DNA of 64,000 bases from the human T2T-CHM13v2.0 reference genome, Homo sapiens, in NCBI RefSeq assembly GCF_009914755.1, contig NC_060928.1, one strand, 5' to 3'. The notes beneath the pieces are model-generated. The model did not search any database. It was not told the origin of the DNA and saw only the letters and a program-made list of their open reading frames with translations. Made by a program: the position numbers and the translations under genes. Below, in pieces: positions 30,266 to 43,255 of this stretch. The first letter of the stretch is position 1. Each line of letters begins with the position of its first letter.

Positions 30266-32668
30266 CTATTTATAAATAGTTATTTTTTGCAAGAATCTGA
30301 GATAAAATGCATTTCTCCACTGGATAAAGCCACAACAGACCCAGTGTAATATAGTTAAACATTCCTTCAATAGCTATGGCAGAGCAAGTTAATGTTTTTG
30401 CACCAAACGTCAAATGGGTATTACAGAATTCTGTAATTTATAAAATATTATATACATGAATTATTTTCTTGTATTATCACTCATAAGAAACATGTGGGGA
30501 GAAATTAGAGGGTAACTGGATTAACTAGACATAAGACTTTTTGAGTGACAGGAAAGATATTTTCCTAACTGTAGAAACTGAGAAGTCATCAGACAAGTAA
30601 TAAAACCAAAGCTAGTTTTCTGGAAGATCCGTGTAGTTTCACTGTGGTAGTTGGAGTAAATGGAAAGGATGGTAGAGTGGACGCTGAACAAGCAGCCTTA
30701 GAGAAACTTCATAAAAATGTATACAAGGCCAGCGGTAGAAAAAATAAGATACAGGAAGAACATGTTGTAAAAGAAAAACTTATGTATCAAGGGAGTCATG
30801 AGATTTAGGATGACTCTAGGCTTATTAAAAGAGAAATAAGAAAGTCAGAATTAAAAGCTGGTATAAACAGAGTGTTAGTGATAATCAAATCAACCAGCAC
30901 TACCAACACCTGGCTGTGCTAAGTGCTTTATCTGGCAATCTTTACCATAGTCCTACAAAACAACAACAATCACCTCCAACTACAGATGAGGAAACTGAAC
31001 CTCACAGATGTCAATAATTTGTCTGAGATCAAACAATGAATAGATTTCTCTATTTGTGTAATGAGACAGTAGTGCTATCAATATGATTATTGAAATATTA
31101 AAATAAGATATCTACAAATTTTAAGGGCCATATAAATATTATCTAGTACTGTTTTGGTAATAATTCTTCTCTAAAGATTGAATGTACCAAAGGTTTCCAG
31201 GATTTAAATAATGGGCACATTTTCTCTTCAGAAAAAAGATGTTACCACACAATAAACATTTTCTATTTCAAAGTAAAAGCTCTTTGGGTTTAATTCCAAG
31301 ATCTCCCATGAGAGACCATAATTTAAAAATGAATATGACAGGGAACTCAGAATTCTTTTAATTTTCCATCAATTATGTATAATATAAATGTGCATATAAG
31401 CAAGTATTGCAGTAGAAAAATAATACTTTATCCTCATTTTTCTAGAGTGTCAAAAATGATAAATTTGAATATTTGTGGTAAACACTCAGCGAAAATGTCA
31501 GAAACATTACTTCCTCAAGCCAGCATCTCATTGTCAGCTTTTTGTAATCAGTTTAACTTTTATTGAGGAAAAGGAACAATCACAAATCAGCCTTTTTGTG
31601 TCCTTTGAATTCTTATGGCTGCAAATGAGGCTTCCAGCTGCGTCAATTTCATTTTGCAAAGGCACCATGTTGAATCATTAATTACCTAAGAAGGTACTGG
31701 ATCCTTATCTCCTTCTGGTAACAAAATTTTTTATATATTATATGTATATACACAAATCAGATTGGAACCTGGAGCTATAAAGTCATCTTTTCTTAAAATG
31801 CCATCTGCCAGATTTCACTTCAGAACATGAGAAATCTTTAAAGGTGAGGGAAGGAGAGACAAGTGAGGGTAGTGAAGCATCAGAGTGCTAGGCTGTCTTG
31901 TCATCACAGCCTGTGCTGTTCCCTCCTCCCCAGTCTCTCCAGCTCCAACCCCCCTTGGATTACTGATACAGCCTGCTATCTCATCCCCCCACCATCAGCA
32001 GCCCTGTCTGCCCATAAATCTGAGCGGCCAAAACAGTCACTCCATAATGCCTATCCAGCCACGTTTCTTTCCTGCTCATAATCTCCCAAAGGCCTTCCAT
32101 GCCTGTGATGTCAGGGCTCCTTAAAAGGCCAGCAAGGTGCTTTCTACTCAATCCCCACATATCTTGTCAGCATCCTCCCTCACTATCAACTATCTGATAA
32201 ACCATGCTCCTGCCATGTGTAATTATGTAAAGTCACTTTAACTCTAGGCTTATTATTTTAGTAATCTCTGCCTGACGCAAAATTCATGGCTCAGTTTATG
32301 TTTTACCTCTTCTAAGTCTTCCATAACCTTCTCTCCGACTACCAATCAGCATTTTTTATCCACCTCAATCATGAGACTGAACATGGTGCCCTGCAAATTG
32401 GTTTCAGCAAACTTTGATAGTGATTGCATGTTGTTATAATTGTCCTTTGTCTTTTTTCCACCTTCCAATAGTTTGTAAGATGCATGTAACAAGGCACAAA
32501 AAAGCAAAGATGATGTCATATTTGACAGCATAAATGTAGTCCCAGTGTTACATATGTAGTTGACAGGGAAACAAATGTCATATATGAAGGTATTTGAAAT
32601 AAAAGAGAGGAAGAAAGAAAGGAAAGAAGGGAGGGGGGCAAAGAGAAAAGAAGGGAGGGAGGGAAGAA

Positions 32669-32732
32669 GGAAGGAAGGAAGGAAGGAAGGAAGGAAGGAA
32701 GGAAGGAAGGAAGGAAGGAAGGAAGGAAGGAA
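32669..32732. repeat. (GGAA)16 microsatellite within a polypurine tract
   Basis: 16 uninterrupted GGAA units; purine-rich from ~32601. Confidence 0.95.
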
Positions 32733-32929
32733 AGGTAATAAAAAATTATGGTAAAGACTAAGGTGTAGTGGGTGGGCTGGATGTCCATTCTAGTCCTGAT
32801 TCTTCTCTCATCAACAAGTTGAGAGTCCTAATAAATGTTTATACTATTTGAGCATAAGTTTTGCATCTTTAAAATAAGATAGAAAGAATTCCTAGGGTTC
32901 ATTTAAACTTGAAAATTCTGATTCTGTAA

Positions 32930-33374
<445 letters not shown>

Positions 33375-33734
33375 TCTACATACTTATTAAAACAAAAAAC
33401 AAAAAACAAAAAAACACCTGCACACTAATGCTGGCATTCTGAATGTTCTGCATTTCTCACCATTCTGAAACACGACCAAGCCTTGTCCAGGTCTTTCCAA
33501 TACTCCAAAAAGTCTGATAACTGGGACTACATCTGTAGAAGACCAAGCCTCTCCTTAGAGTTTGACATTATACCACATTTGTACATTCAACCCATACTTA
33601 TTAAGGGCTTGTTCTATGACTAATACTATACTAGGCACTAGTGGTATGATTAAAAATTAGACATAATTCTTTCTTTCATAAAGCTCTAAGTCTAGTTGGA
33701 AGACTAAACAATGGTATCTATCTTAACAATTTTT

Positions 33735-34260
33735 GTATTATAAGAGGAAGCCCAACTCAACATGGATAGGAAAAAGAAATGTATTGGCTGTAACTAAAGA
33801 GACTGTCTGTGGGTCCAATTCAGACAGAGATTGATCAAGGTTCTCAAATGATAATCACAATGAAAGGACACACACAAACACACATGCACACTCACAAACA
33901 CACATTTATTTTCCTTTCTCTTTCTTCACTACATGATGGCTACTTCAGCTTCGGCTCCTACATTTTTCCTGATTTATGTCGACAGGAAAGAGAAAGCTAC
34001 ATCCCCAGCAACTTTTTTTATGGCCCAGAATTGAGTTTCACTATGCTACACTGTCCTGATTTGAAGTCAGAGACCCATCCTGGAAGCAGTTACCATGAGC
34101 AGAGGGGAGGATGCAATGACTGCTTTGGTCTCAGTCATGTGAGCCCTGGAGCCCTGGGCTGAAGTCAGCTTCATTTAAAGCTTATGGGCTCTCAAAAACT
34201 AAATTGTGCTTCTCTTTCCCCAATAAGTAAGAGGGGATATGGGCAGCAAAAACCTAAAAT
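33735..34260 (-). mobile_element. Old MLT1-family LTR remnant
   Basis: CCCAACTCAAC...AAAAAGAAATGTATTGGCT...CCCATCCTGGAAGCAGTTACCATG. Confidence 0.45.
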
Positions 34261-35468
34261 TTGCTTTAATATAACTTAAATGTTGGCAAATGATATGAGA
34301 GAAAAGAATAATGAGAAAATTGGAGAAAATGTCTATCTTAGAGAGCATGCCCTGGGAAACTCACCCTGAAGAAGTGATCATTCCACAAAACGGGATCTTT
34401 CAAAGGACAATAAGGAAACAGCCATAAGGCCATCCATGGGAACAGTATTTCATACATGGAAAATAGTACAAATGCCTGAGTCTCAGAGGAGGTTGGCCGC
34501 TTCTGGGCGGCATGAGATCAGGTGGCTGCATTGTGGTAGGATAGGAAGAAAAGGGTAAGGTGGATGGCGGGGAGGGGTAAGCAATGTCAACTGCATTCTA
34601 AATATTATAAGAAGCCACTAATGGATTTATTCCTCTCAGTCCTCAATATCGCTGAGCTAATTATTCAGCAAATCTTCCTGTTATTTATTCAATAAATAAA
34701 CATATTGCAGGTGTCAAGAAGTAGGCAGGCTTCCAGCTTTCAAGAACCTCACAGTCTAAGGAGTGGGAGGAAGAAAAGACAACAATACCACAGCAAGATA
34801 GAAGAACAGCAGCCACACATGAGCATCTGCCAAAGCCGCCTGAAACTGCACTAGGTATGCCGTCTACATGCTCACTAATTCCCCTACAAGCAATTTACCA
34901 GATAAGTGTCATTTTGCAGAAAGAGGACACCCACGTATCCCAAGCTTGCCTGATGTCTCACCCATAGATTAATTGGTAGAGATAAGGTTTGAATTTAAAC
35001 CTGGCTGACTTCCAATAATATTTACAAGACCTTCTTAAATGTAATAACAAAGCAGCCATTTACATTTAGTTTCTGCTAGTTTTCAAAACAGTCCAATATT
35101 AGATAATATCCTCTCTCTAATAATAAAAGCAACATGGCCTTAAATAAATAAACCCATTTCCAAGGTCACAGAGCAAGAGCATAGCATGGAAACCAGGATC
35201 ATCTGGGTCCCAAGCCAGTGTTCTCTGTCCTGCCATGCTGCCTCCAAGACCCTGAAATACGCAGTACTTTGCTGATTCAGAAAAAGGAGGGTGCAAGTCC
35301 AGCTGAAGAATTATGGAAGCTTTCTTGTTTGGGCAGCAACTTGCTGCTGAGGCATTGACTGAACCTGGGCAATCAGATTAGGGGAGATTTTAACTATGGG
35401 AGCTCTAGCAGTTCCCACCGTCCCTCTCTCCCCATTCAAAGAGCTCCTCAGGAGGTCCTGGAGTAGGG

Positions 35469-36053
35469 ATTAAACACATGTCTCTGACAGGTAAGCCCTT
35501 GAGGATGGACCCAGGTTAGCTGGGACCCCCACACTGTTGACAGCCTCCTCTCTTTCCCTCTTGGCTTTCAAAGAAAATTAGCTCCTGACAAGCAGAGGAG
35601 ACAGTTTTGGCTTCTCTACCTAAAGGCTAACCCAGTTCTCACAGTGTAGTGCTAGGCTGCCCCATCAGCTGGCATCCTCCATGCCAGAGACACCCATGGG
35701 TACCCCAGGGGAAAGAAGCTGTGTCAGGACCCATGGTGGCTTGTGTCATCTCTTCTGGATTAGTCCTTGAGGGATGCACATCTTAGTCTTGCTTCCCCAT
35801 AACATATGTCAGTTAACTTGCTTTCAGTATGCAATATGGTCCAAGCACTGGACTGGTAGGCTCAGTAAGTAACACAATAGTACTTGCCTGGCTTCATGGT
35901 GCTTTTAATCATTAAACACATATCTCTGACAGGCAAGCCCTTCAGGATGGGTCCAGGTTGGCTGGGGCCCCCACCTTGTTGCAAACCTCCTCGCCTTCCC
36001 TGCTGGCCTCCAGGAAAAATTAACTGAAAATTAGCTGTCGGGCAGAGGAAACA
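35469..36053. repeat. Dispersed direct repeat, copies 35469-35603 and 35911-36053
   Basis: ATTAAACACATRTCTCTGACAGGYAAGCCCTTSAGGATGG...; 21 mismatches in the first 112 ungapped bases. Confidence 0.9.
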
Positions 36054-37321
36054 CCAGGAATTACAGTTTGGTGCGATTTATGTACTTATTTATTTATTGA
36101 AGGAGGTGTATTAGATTCCTCAGTTGCTCCTAGGGGAGTCCAGAACGCACAAGAGCTCTCTCCTGTGGACCATAAGGGCTGCAAATTTAGGCTAAACTCC
36201 TGGGCTTTCACTTCCATCTAAACCTCACGGGAAACATGTCTTCCTTTAAGTTTGCTGACAATGCAAATTTCATAAAAATCTTTTCAATACATATTTCTTA
36301 CTTTGAATTATAAAATAATCTGTTTAAAGGGCACATATTAAGGGATACTGCATTTTGGGAAACAGACAGAGCCGGTGCCTGTCACACAGGCATGCCCCTC
36401 TCCCTTGGAAGTCACTCTAGTGTCCGCAGGAAAAACTTCCAACTCCTTGGTCTGGATACAAGACCTTCCGTGTTCTTGAATCTTGGTCTGTATTTCTAGC
36501 ATCACTTGCCACCATTTGTCCAGGCTTCTGGGCAGCTCCCACACCATCTTCAGTGCTGTTCTCCCTATCACGACTGCCTTATCCTACCCTTCTCAAAAAT
36601 GGGTTGTTCTATGATCCCACTTAATAGCACCCACTATGTAAACTGTGCCCTGAATCCTTCAGGCAAAATTCGTGGGTCTTGTTCTGATCCTGAATCATCC
36701 CTTCATGGTGCTAATAGGACACTTATCACAATACAGCCCAGGTAGGTGCATATGTGCCCATCATCATCTGCGACTCCCCCATCCTCTATAGGGCCTCTAC
36801 AGGGCCTCGCCTTGCTCATGGAAGGTACATGACTCAATGATTACATTCATCGTAAAATGTAAGATGGTGGATTTCACAGAGCTTAAGTTGCAGGGCAGCA
36901 GCTGACAAAAGCACAAGGGAGAGAAAAGAAAAGGGGATTGGTATGGGACATTTGTTTAACTAAATACAATTGTGTTGGAAAATCCCTATAGGAAGCCTCC
37001 GGGTCTTTCTTTCCCATCTACACATGGCTGGAGGTCAATTTCTTAGAAAAAAAGTGAACAACAATAGTGAAAAAATAATAATACCAGCCAGCATAAAAAT
37101 TGAGCTGTATGGTTTTTGTACTAATAACATTTTTATCACAGATGTAACAAATGCCCATTATAGAAAATTTAGAAAACACTAACAAGCAAAGAGAAAAAAA
37201 AAGATAGTATTAATTCCACCACAGAGAAAGAGCCACTATTAATTATTTAGCATGTACTTTTCATATTTTTGTTTTCATATGGTATCTAAAATAAATATTC
37301 TATTCTTTCTCCCTATCCTTC

Positions 37322-37684
37322 TGATATGGTTTGGCTGTGTCCCCACCCAAATCTCATCTTGAATTGTAGCTCCCATAATCCCCACGTGTCTGGGAGGGAC
37401 CTGGTGGAAGGTAACTGAATCATGAGGGTGGGTTTTTCCCATGCTGTTCTCATGATAGTGAATACGTCTCACAAGGGCCCATGGTTTTATACAGGGCAGT
37501 ATCTCTGCACATGCTCTGTTGCCTGCTGCCATGTAAGACATGCCTTTGCTCCTCCTTCTCCTTCCACCATGATTTTGAGGCCTCCCGAGCTATATGGAAC
37601 TGTGAGTCCACTGAACTTCTTTTTCTTTACAAATTAGCCAGTCTCAGGTATTTCTTCAAAGCAATATGAAAATGGACAAATATA
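37322..37684 (+). mobile_element. THE1 (THE1C-like) MaLR solo LTR
   Basis: Starts TGATATGGTTTGGCTGTGTCCCCACCCAAATCTCATC; 5-bp TSD CCTTC (37317-37321, 37685-37689). Confidence 0.95.
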
Positions 37685-38015
37685 CCTTCCTTCATTTTTC
37701 TCTTCTTTCTCTGCTGTTCCTTCTTCTTTTCCTGCCTTCCATCACCTTTTCATTCTTTACCATATTAATATAGGCAGTTATTCAAAATATAAGATTCTAA
37801 ATAGTGTTTGCAGAATGCCACCTTTTGTGTAAAATCCAGGGAGAATAAGAATATATACATTTGATTTTGCTTATATTTCTATCAAGGTTCTAGAAAGACA
37901 CATAATAAAGAAATAAAAGTGGCTGCTGATTGGAGTGAGCTGGGGCAAACTAGCTGGATGAGAGCAAAAGTAGAAGGAAGAATTCTTACTTTTCACCAAG
38001 TATCATTCTATGGTA

Positions 38016-38161
38016 CAGATGCTCCTTGACTTACACTGGGGTTACACCCTGAGAAACCCATCGTAAGTTGAAAATATAGCTAAGTAAAAAATGCATTTAA
38101 TACACCTAACCTTCCAAACGTCATAGCTTATCTAACCTACCTTAAATGTACTCACAACACT
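38016..38161 (+). mobile_element. TcMar-Tigger MITE fragment (MER47-like)
   Basis: TA target followed by CAGATGCTCCTTGACTTAC...AAACCCATCGTAAGTTGAAAAT. Confidence 0.75.
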
Positions 38162-38219
38162 GTCTGTACTTTGATTTTGCATCAGAAGAACATAATTCCT
38201 TGTAAATAAAAATAATAGT

Positions 38220-38693
38220 GTTGCAGGTCACACATGCTTTCCTGTACTATGCCTTTGCTACTCCCTCAACTAGTGTCCTCTTGAATCTAGGTGGCATCTC
38301 AGACTGTTTGTCCAATAGAATGTGGTAGGAGTGGTGCTGTGTCAGTTCTGGATGCCATGGATTGGTCTAGATGCTTTCTGGGAAGCTAGTTACCATACAA
38401 GGAGTGTGACTACCTGTGTACCATCATCCTCTGGGAGCCCCAGTTTTGCACAGAGGCCAACAAATATCAAAGCACTAGTCATATGCATAAAGAAACCACC
38501 AGGCATTCTGCTCAGTTACTCCTCCAGATGTCACCAGCCTCAGCAACAATCTCACTGCAACCACATCATGAGATACCCCCAACAAGGCCCCATCCAGTCA
38601 AACCACAGAAACCTGTGAGTCACAGTAATGTATTTTATTAAATAAAAAAATATTTCAGGGTAGTTTGGCATGCAACAATAGACAACCTGACCA
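38220..38693 (+). mobile_element. MLT1H-like LTR
   Basis: CCTCTTGAATCTAGG...CCAATAGAATGTGGTAGGAGTG...GCAACAATAGACAACCTGACCA. Confidence 0.6.
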
Positions 38694-38739
38694 GAAATAC
38701 TAAAATGTAGGTCGACAAATACTTACCATGTGCCTGCTC

Positions 38740-38965
38740 TGCAGCATAGGGGTAAAAAACTCAGATTTTAGGTTCAGGTTGCCTGTATTCAAATCCTGGC
38801 TCTAACACAACTATCTGCGTGACCTTGACCAACTTTATTCACCTTTCTGTGTCCCAATTTTCCATATAATAGAGGTAATACTACCTACCTCAAAAGAGTG
38901 TTATGAGGATTTAATAATATTTAGAATAGAACCTGGCACACAGCAAATGCTCGGTATTAGCTATT
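38740..38965 (+). mobile_element. MIR
   Basis: TTCAAATCCTGGCTCT...GTGACCTTGACCAA...TTAGAATAGAACCTGGCACACAG. Confidence 0.75.
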
Positions 38966-40275
38966 ATATACCAAGAGTTATACAGAATTGTCAATATTTT
39001 TAATACGAAAATATTCCTCAAGTAAATAATAGGCATTATTCCCGAAAATACTGTGATGGATTTTTTTGTAATTTTTTAAAATTGAACCTCTATGTTCAAA
39101 TTAAGATTAGACTGGATTTTTTGTTTTTTTTTCTGTCTGTGCTCTTTTATAAGTTATCAAGGTTATGTTTGCCTCATAAAAAGCTCTGATTTTGGAAAGG
39201 TTTACATAATATATAACCTACCTTTTTCTTAGAAGTTGGAATCATGTTGGAAAATGCTTGGAAATTTTGACTTTGAATTTGTCACTTTGAAAAGATGCAA
39301 CAAGTTTGTAATTTATTCTGACTTTACTGGAAAGCACTAGAAGTAGTTTAAAAAGATGGTGTCATGCTTAAACCATTATGAGAACATGATGGTCTTTTGC
39401 TACGTGGTGTGGCACTCTGAAGGAGAAGTTGAGCAACAGCTTAACACTTTTTGCCACTATAGGTCTGGCTCCTTTTTATTTGCCTGCCTGAATTACAGAT
39501 TCTTTTTTATTATTCCTTGTTATTGTGAATGTCACAAAGCTATATCTAAGAATGATAGTCATGAACCTCATGGCATTCGTTTGATTGGTGAGCCTGAGCC
39601 TCTCTGATTTGAACATTAATTATTCAACCTTATTTCATTATTTCTTTCATTTCTCATCTATTCTATGTATCATTTATGTTCTCTTTGTTATTTTTCTGTT
39701 ATTTTTCTTGAACAATGGAATTATATTTGAACCAACTTCTCAAATACTGATGTATTTACTTTTCCTGCAGAATCCAGTTTTATCCACTGTCTCCATAACT
39801 TTTTTTCCTTAATTCTAAATTCTTTCAATTCTCTAAAATTTTCTGGCCTTAAATCATTTTATTTCATAAACATCTTGCTTCTTTAATGATTTGAAATTTC
39901 CTCAAATCTTGTTGAGAATATGAATGAATATATCCTAAACATATCTCATGGTTTGTTTTTATTTTTTGTCCAGTATTCTTTTTTAGCCCTTCTCTTGAGT
40001 TTTTCAACCTACTCTTTTCATAATCTTAGATTCCAGAAGATCAATTCACTTACTATTGGGAGGTGGCACTGCTTCTATCAAAAATAGCACATATCTCTGT
40101 TCATAAGGCCCTGATCCTGACACTTGAAGTCACAGGTGACAAGGGAAAATGCAGCAGTTGAAACTTTCAAGGCCTGAATTTGTGTAATAGAGGGAAGAGA
40201 AATAAAAAGAGAAAAGAAAACAATTTAGAGGAATCTAGGAGGCAAGGAACTGAGGGAATTAAAGAAGGCTCTTGC

Positions 40276-40318
40276 GGCCGGGTGCTGTGGCTCATGCCTG
40301 TAATTCCAGAACTTTGGA
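40276..40318 (+). mobile_element. Isolated Alu 5' head (43 bp)
   Basis: GGCCGGGTGCTGTGGCTCATGCCTGTAATTCCAGAACTTTGGA, then similarity ends abruptly. Confidence 0.85.
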
Positions 40319-40712
40319 TCTGCTCCAGTTTTGTGCACATTATATTGAAGTTTTCTGCCAAAGCTCATGTTCTTTTCCTTTTAAAGTTTGTCATGTGATT
40401 GTTTCCCTATAAAAATAAATATTGGAGACATGATAGTTTGTAGGAAAGAACATTAGACTAGGAATAAATACCTAAGTTTAAATCATTTTACACTATATTA
40501 TTTTATGATTGAAAGCAAGAGAACAACTTGGTCAGCATTTAGAAAGATCACTCTGGACACCATTTGGAGAAGAGATTGGAGAGGAAGAAACTTCAGGCAT
40601 TGAGAGAGCTATGGAAATAATTCAATTCAGCAAATGTAAGACGAGATTTTCCTTTATCTTTGGTAATGCTGAATTCTGTGCCTAGAATTTACTATTCCAT
40701 ATCAGTCCATTT

Positions 40713-40716
40713 AGAC

Positions 40717-40766
<50 letters not shown>

Positions 40767-40816
40767 GTAGATAGATACATACATACATACATACATACAT
40801 ACATACATACATACAT
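40713..40816. repeat. Compound STR AGAC(AGAT)12 AGGT (AGAT)2 (ACAT)10
   Basis: Direct count. Confidence 0.97.
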
Positions 40817-40829
40817 GAATCAGGCACTG

Positions 40830-41680
40830 TTGGTTGCCTACCCAACAAGAATACCTGATTTTGTTTCACCTCTTCCCCACATGACTCAGAGATCAATCCT
40901 GATTTATTTCACTTAAACATGACAATCATTTTGCCATTAAAAATAATGCATTTGAAGGTGTCCTTTGACCCAGTTTTCATCATTGAATTGAGAGGACAGG
41001 TTTGCTGGAAGATCTTTCATGAAAGTTCTAGAACTTACATAAACAATAGGAAGAAACAGTGCCTTCTCTTGCACTGAACATGACTAAAAGTGACTATGCA
41101 AGAGTCTCAACAAGGACAAAAGTCTAATGAAAGTGGTAAAATTGAAAGATGGAAAGAACTGGGTACTTGTTAACATTTCTGAGACACTGAATGACCAACC
41201 CAAAAACACATTATCCCTAGCCATTAATGAAGCTATGATAACATGCTTATTACTACTATTATTATTATTAACTTTTATTTTAGGTTCAGGGGTACATGTG
41301 CAGACTTGTAATATAGGTAAACTTGTGTCACGGGGATTTGTTGCACAGATTATTTCATCACCTATATACTAAGCATAGTACCCAATAGTTATTTTTTCTG
41401 TTTCTGTCCCTCCTCCCAGCCTCCACCTCCACATAGGCTCCAGTGTCTTCTCCCTTCTTTGTATCCATGTTTTCTCATCATTTAGCTCCCACTTATAAGT
41501 AAGAACATACAGTATTTGGTTTTCTGCTTTTGCATTAGTTTGCTAAGGATGATGGCCTCCAGGCCAATCTATGTTCCTACAAAGGACATGATCTTGTTCT
41601 TTTTTTTATGCCCCTTATTTTCGAAGCCAATTAAATTAAGTCTTCTGTTAGTTGCAGCCAAAAGCATTGTAGCTGATGTA
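40830..41680 (+). mobile_element. Old MLT1J-like LTR interrupted by L1
   Basis: AAAGATGGAAAGAACTGGGTACTTG before the L1; TTCTGTTAGTTGCAGCCAAAAGCATTGTAGCTGAT after it. Confidence 0.55.
41248..41610 (-). mobile_element. L1PA15/16-like 3' end
   Basis: TTTTAGGTTCAGGGGTACATGTGCAG...TTTAGCTCCCACTTATAAGT...AAAGGACATGATC. Confidence 0.9.
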
Positions 41681-42697
41681 AACAACTACTATGAACCAGA
41701 CACAGTGCTATGGGTAAGAAACCAAAGTGAGGTCATCACAGGCCCTGCGTTCTAGGAGCTTATCGTCTTTCGTAAGAGTTTTCAATCTGTATGTGAAGTG
41801 TTGGAAACAATAGTTTTTTTCTAGGCTGTGGTAAAATTCCTCTACATTTTATAAGGCCTACCCAAATTCATTTTTTTCATGGATTCTTAATGCTTCTCTC
41901 ATAGCACTTATTGTACTTTTTTGTATCTTGCCATTAATATATATCCTCTCCCCAGCACTGTAGGAGAATGAAGCTATCTTGGAGTACTGCACTGCTTCTA
42001 CTTTATATTATTTAATTGTGAGGCTAAGAATTCAGATGACAAAATCATGTATAGCCCACACATAATTGCATCCCTGACTATAACCATGATCAGATGACTT
42101 AATCTTCTGGCCCTGACCACAGGCCTACAAATATCACAAATAAATATTTAATGGAGGAAAATCTAACTACTCACTGAACAATTGACATTTAAGCTCTTGT
42201 TTTATTTCTGTCTGATGTCAATGCCACAAGGTCATCTTCAAAACATCCCTTTTATCCCTATGCATGTTTATATGGCACCAGGTCTTTGGTAAATGGAAAT
42301 GGACACTGTGTAGCCAATTACCAGAAATTTACATTTTATGCTGTCGAGTCATTAGAGAAACAGCATTTGATTACTGGTTACTTTTTGTTTTATCCCCTGG
42401 CTTATTCCATCACACATAAATCGACATATTTGAGTTTAAGGAAGACCCATAGGTATGTAATTGTGGAGTATAATCGTGGCATCTGTTGGCATGTAAATCC
42501 CTTAGGTTTGGTTCTCATAATGAACTTTGCAGTCCCAAACTACCAAATTAAAATGGAAATCTTTTCTGCTCTTCAGGTACAGAAGCAATTGCTACATCTT
42601 AAATTGGGGGCAGATCACCTAGATAAAATAAAATGCTGGGGAAAATAAAATTATATGCAAGTTCTCTACACAAGTAATGGTGGTCTGAACATATATC

Positions 42698-43255
42698 TTT
42701 TTTTCATCAACTTTCAAGTTCCGGGGTACATGTGCAGGATGTGCAGGTTAGTTACATAGGTAAATGTGTGCCATGGTGATTTGCTGCACAGATCAACCCA
42801 TCACCTAGGTATTAAGCCTAGCATCCATTAGCTATTCAAGACTGAACCAGGAAGAAATTGAATCCCTAAATAGAACAATAACAAGTTCTGAAATTGAGGC
42901 AGTAATAAATACCCTACCAACCAAAAAAAAAAAAAAAAAAAAAAGTCCAGGACCAGACAGATTTACAGCTGAAATCTACCAGAAGTACAAAGGGGAGCTG
43001 GACCCATTTCTACTGAAACTATTCCAAACAACTGAAAAGGAGGGACTCCTCTCTAACTCATTTTATGAAGCCAGTGTCATCCTGATACTAAAACCTGGCA
43101 GAGGTACCACAAAAAAATAAAATTTCATACCAATATCCCTGATGAACACTGAGGCAAAAATTCTGAGTAAAATATTGGCAAACCAAATCCAGCAGCACAT
43201 CAAAAAGCTTATTCACCACGATCAAGTTGGCTTCATCTCCAGGATGCAAGGTTGG
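42698..43255 (-). mobile_element. 5'-inverted L1 (L1PA11-13-like): 3' end at 42698-42837 (minus), ORF2 piece at 42837-43255 (plus)
   Basis: Opposite-orientation L1 segments flanked by 14-bp TSD TGAACWTATATCTT (42686-42699, 43260-43273). Confidence 0.9.

Noticed and set aside
32516-32788. LPSF / EGRK repeat proteins
   Set aside because: Translations of the GGAA microsatellite.
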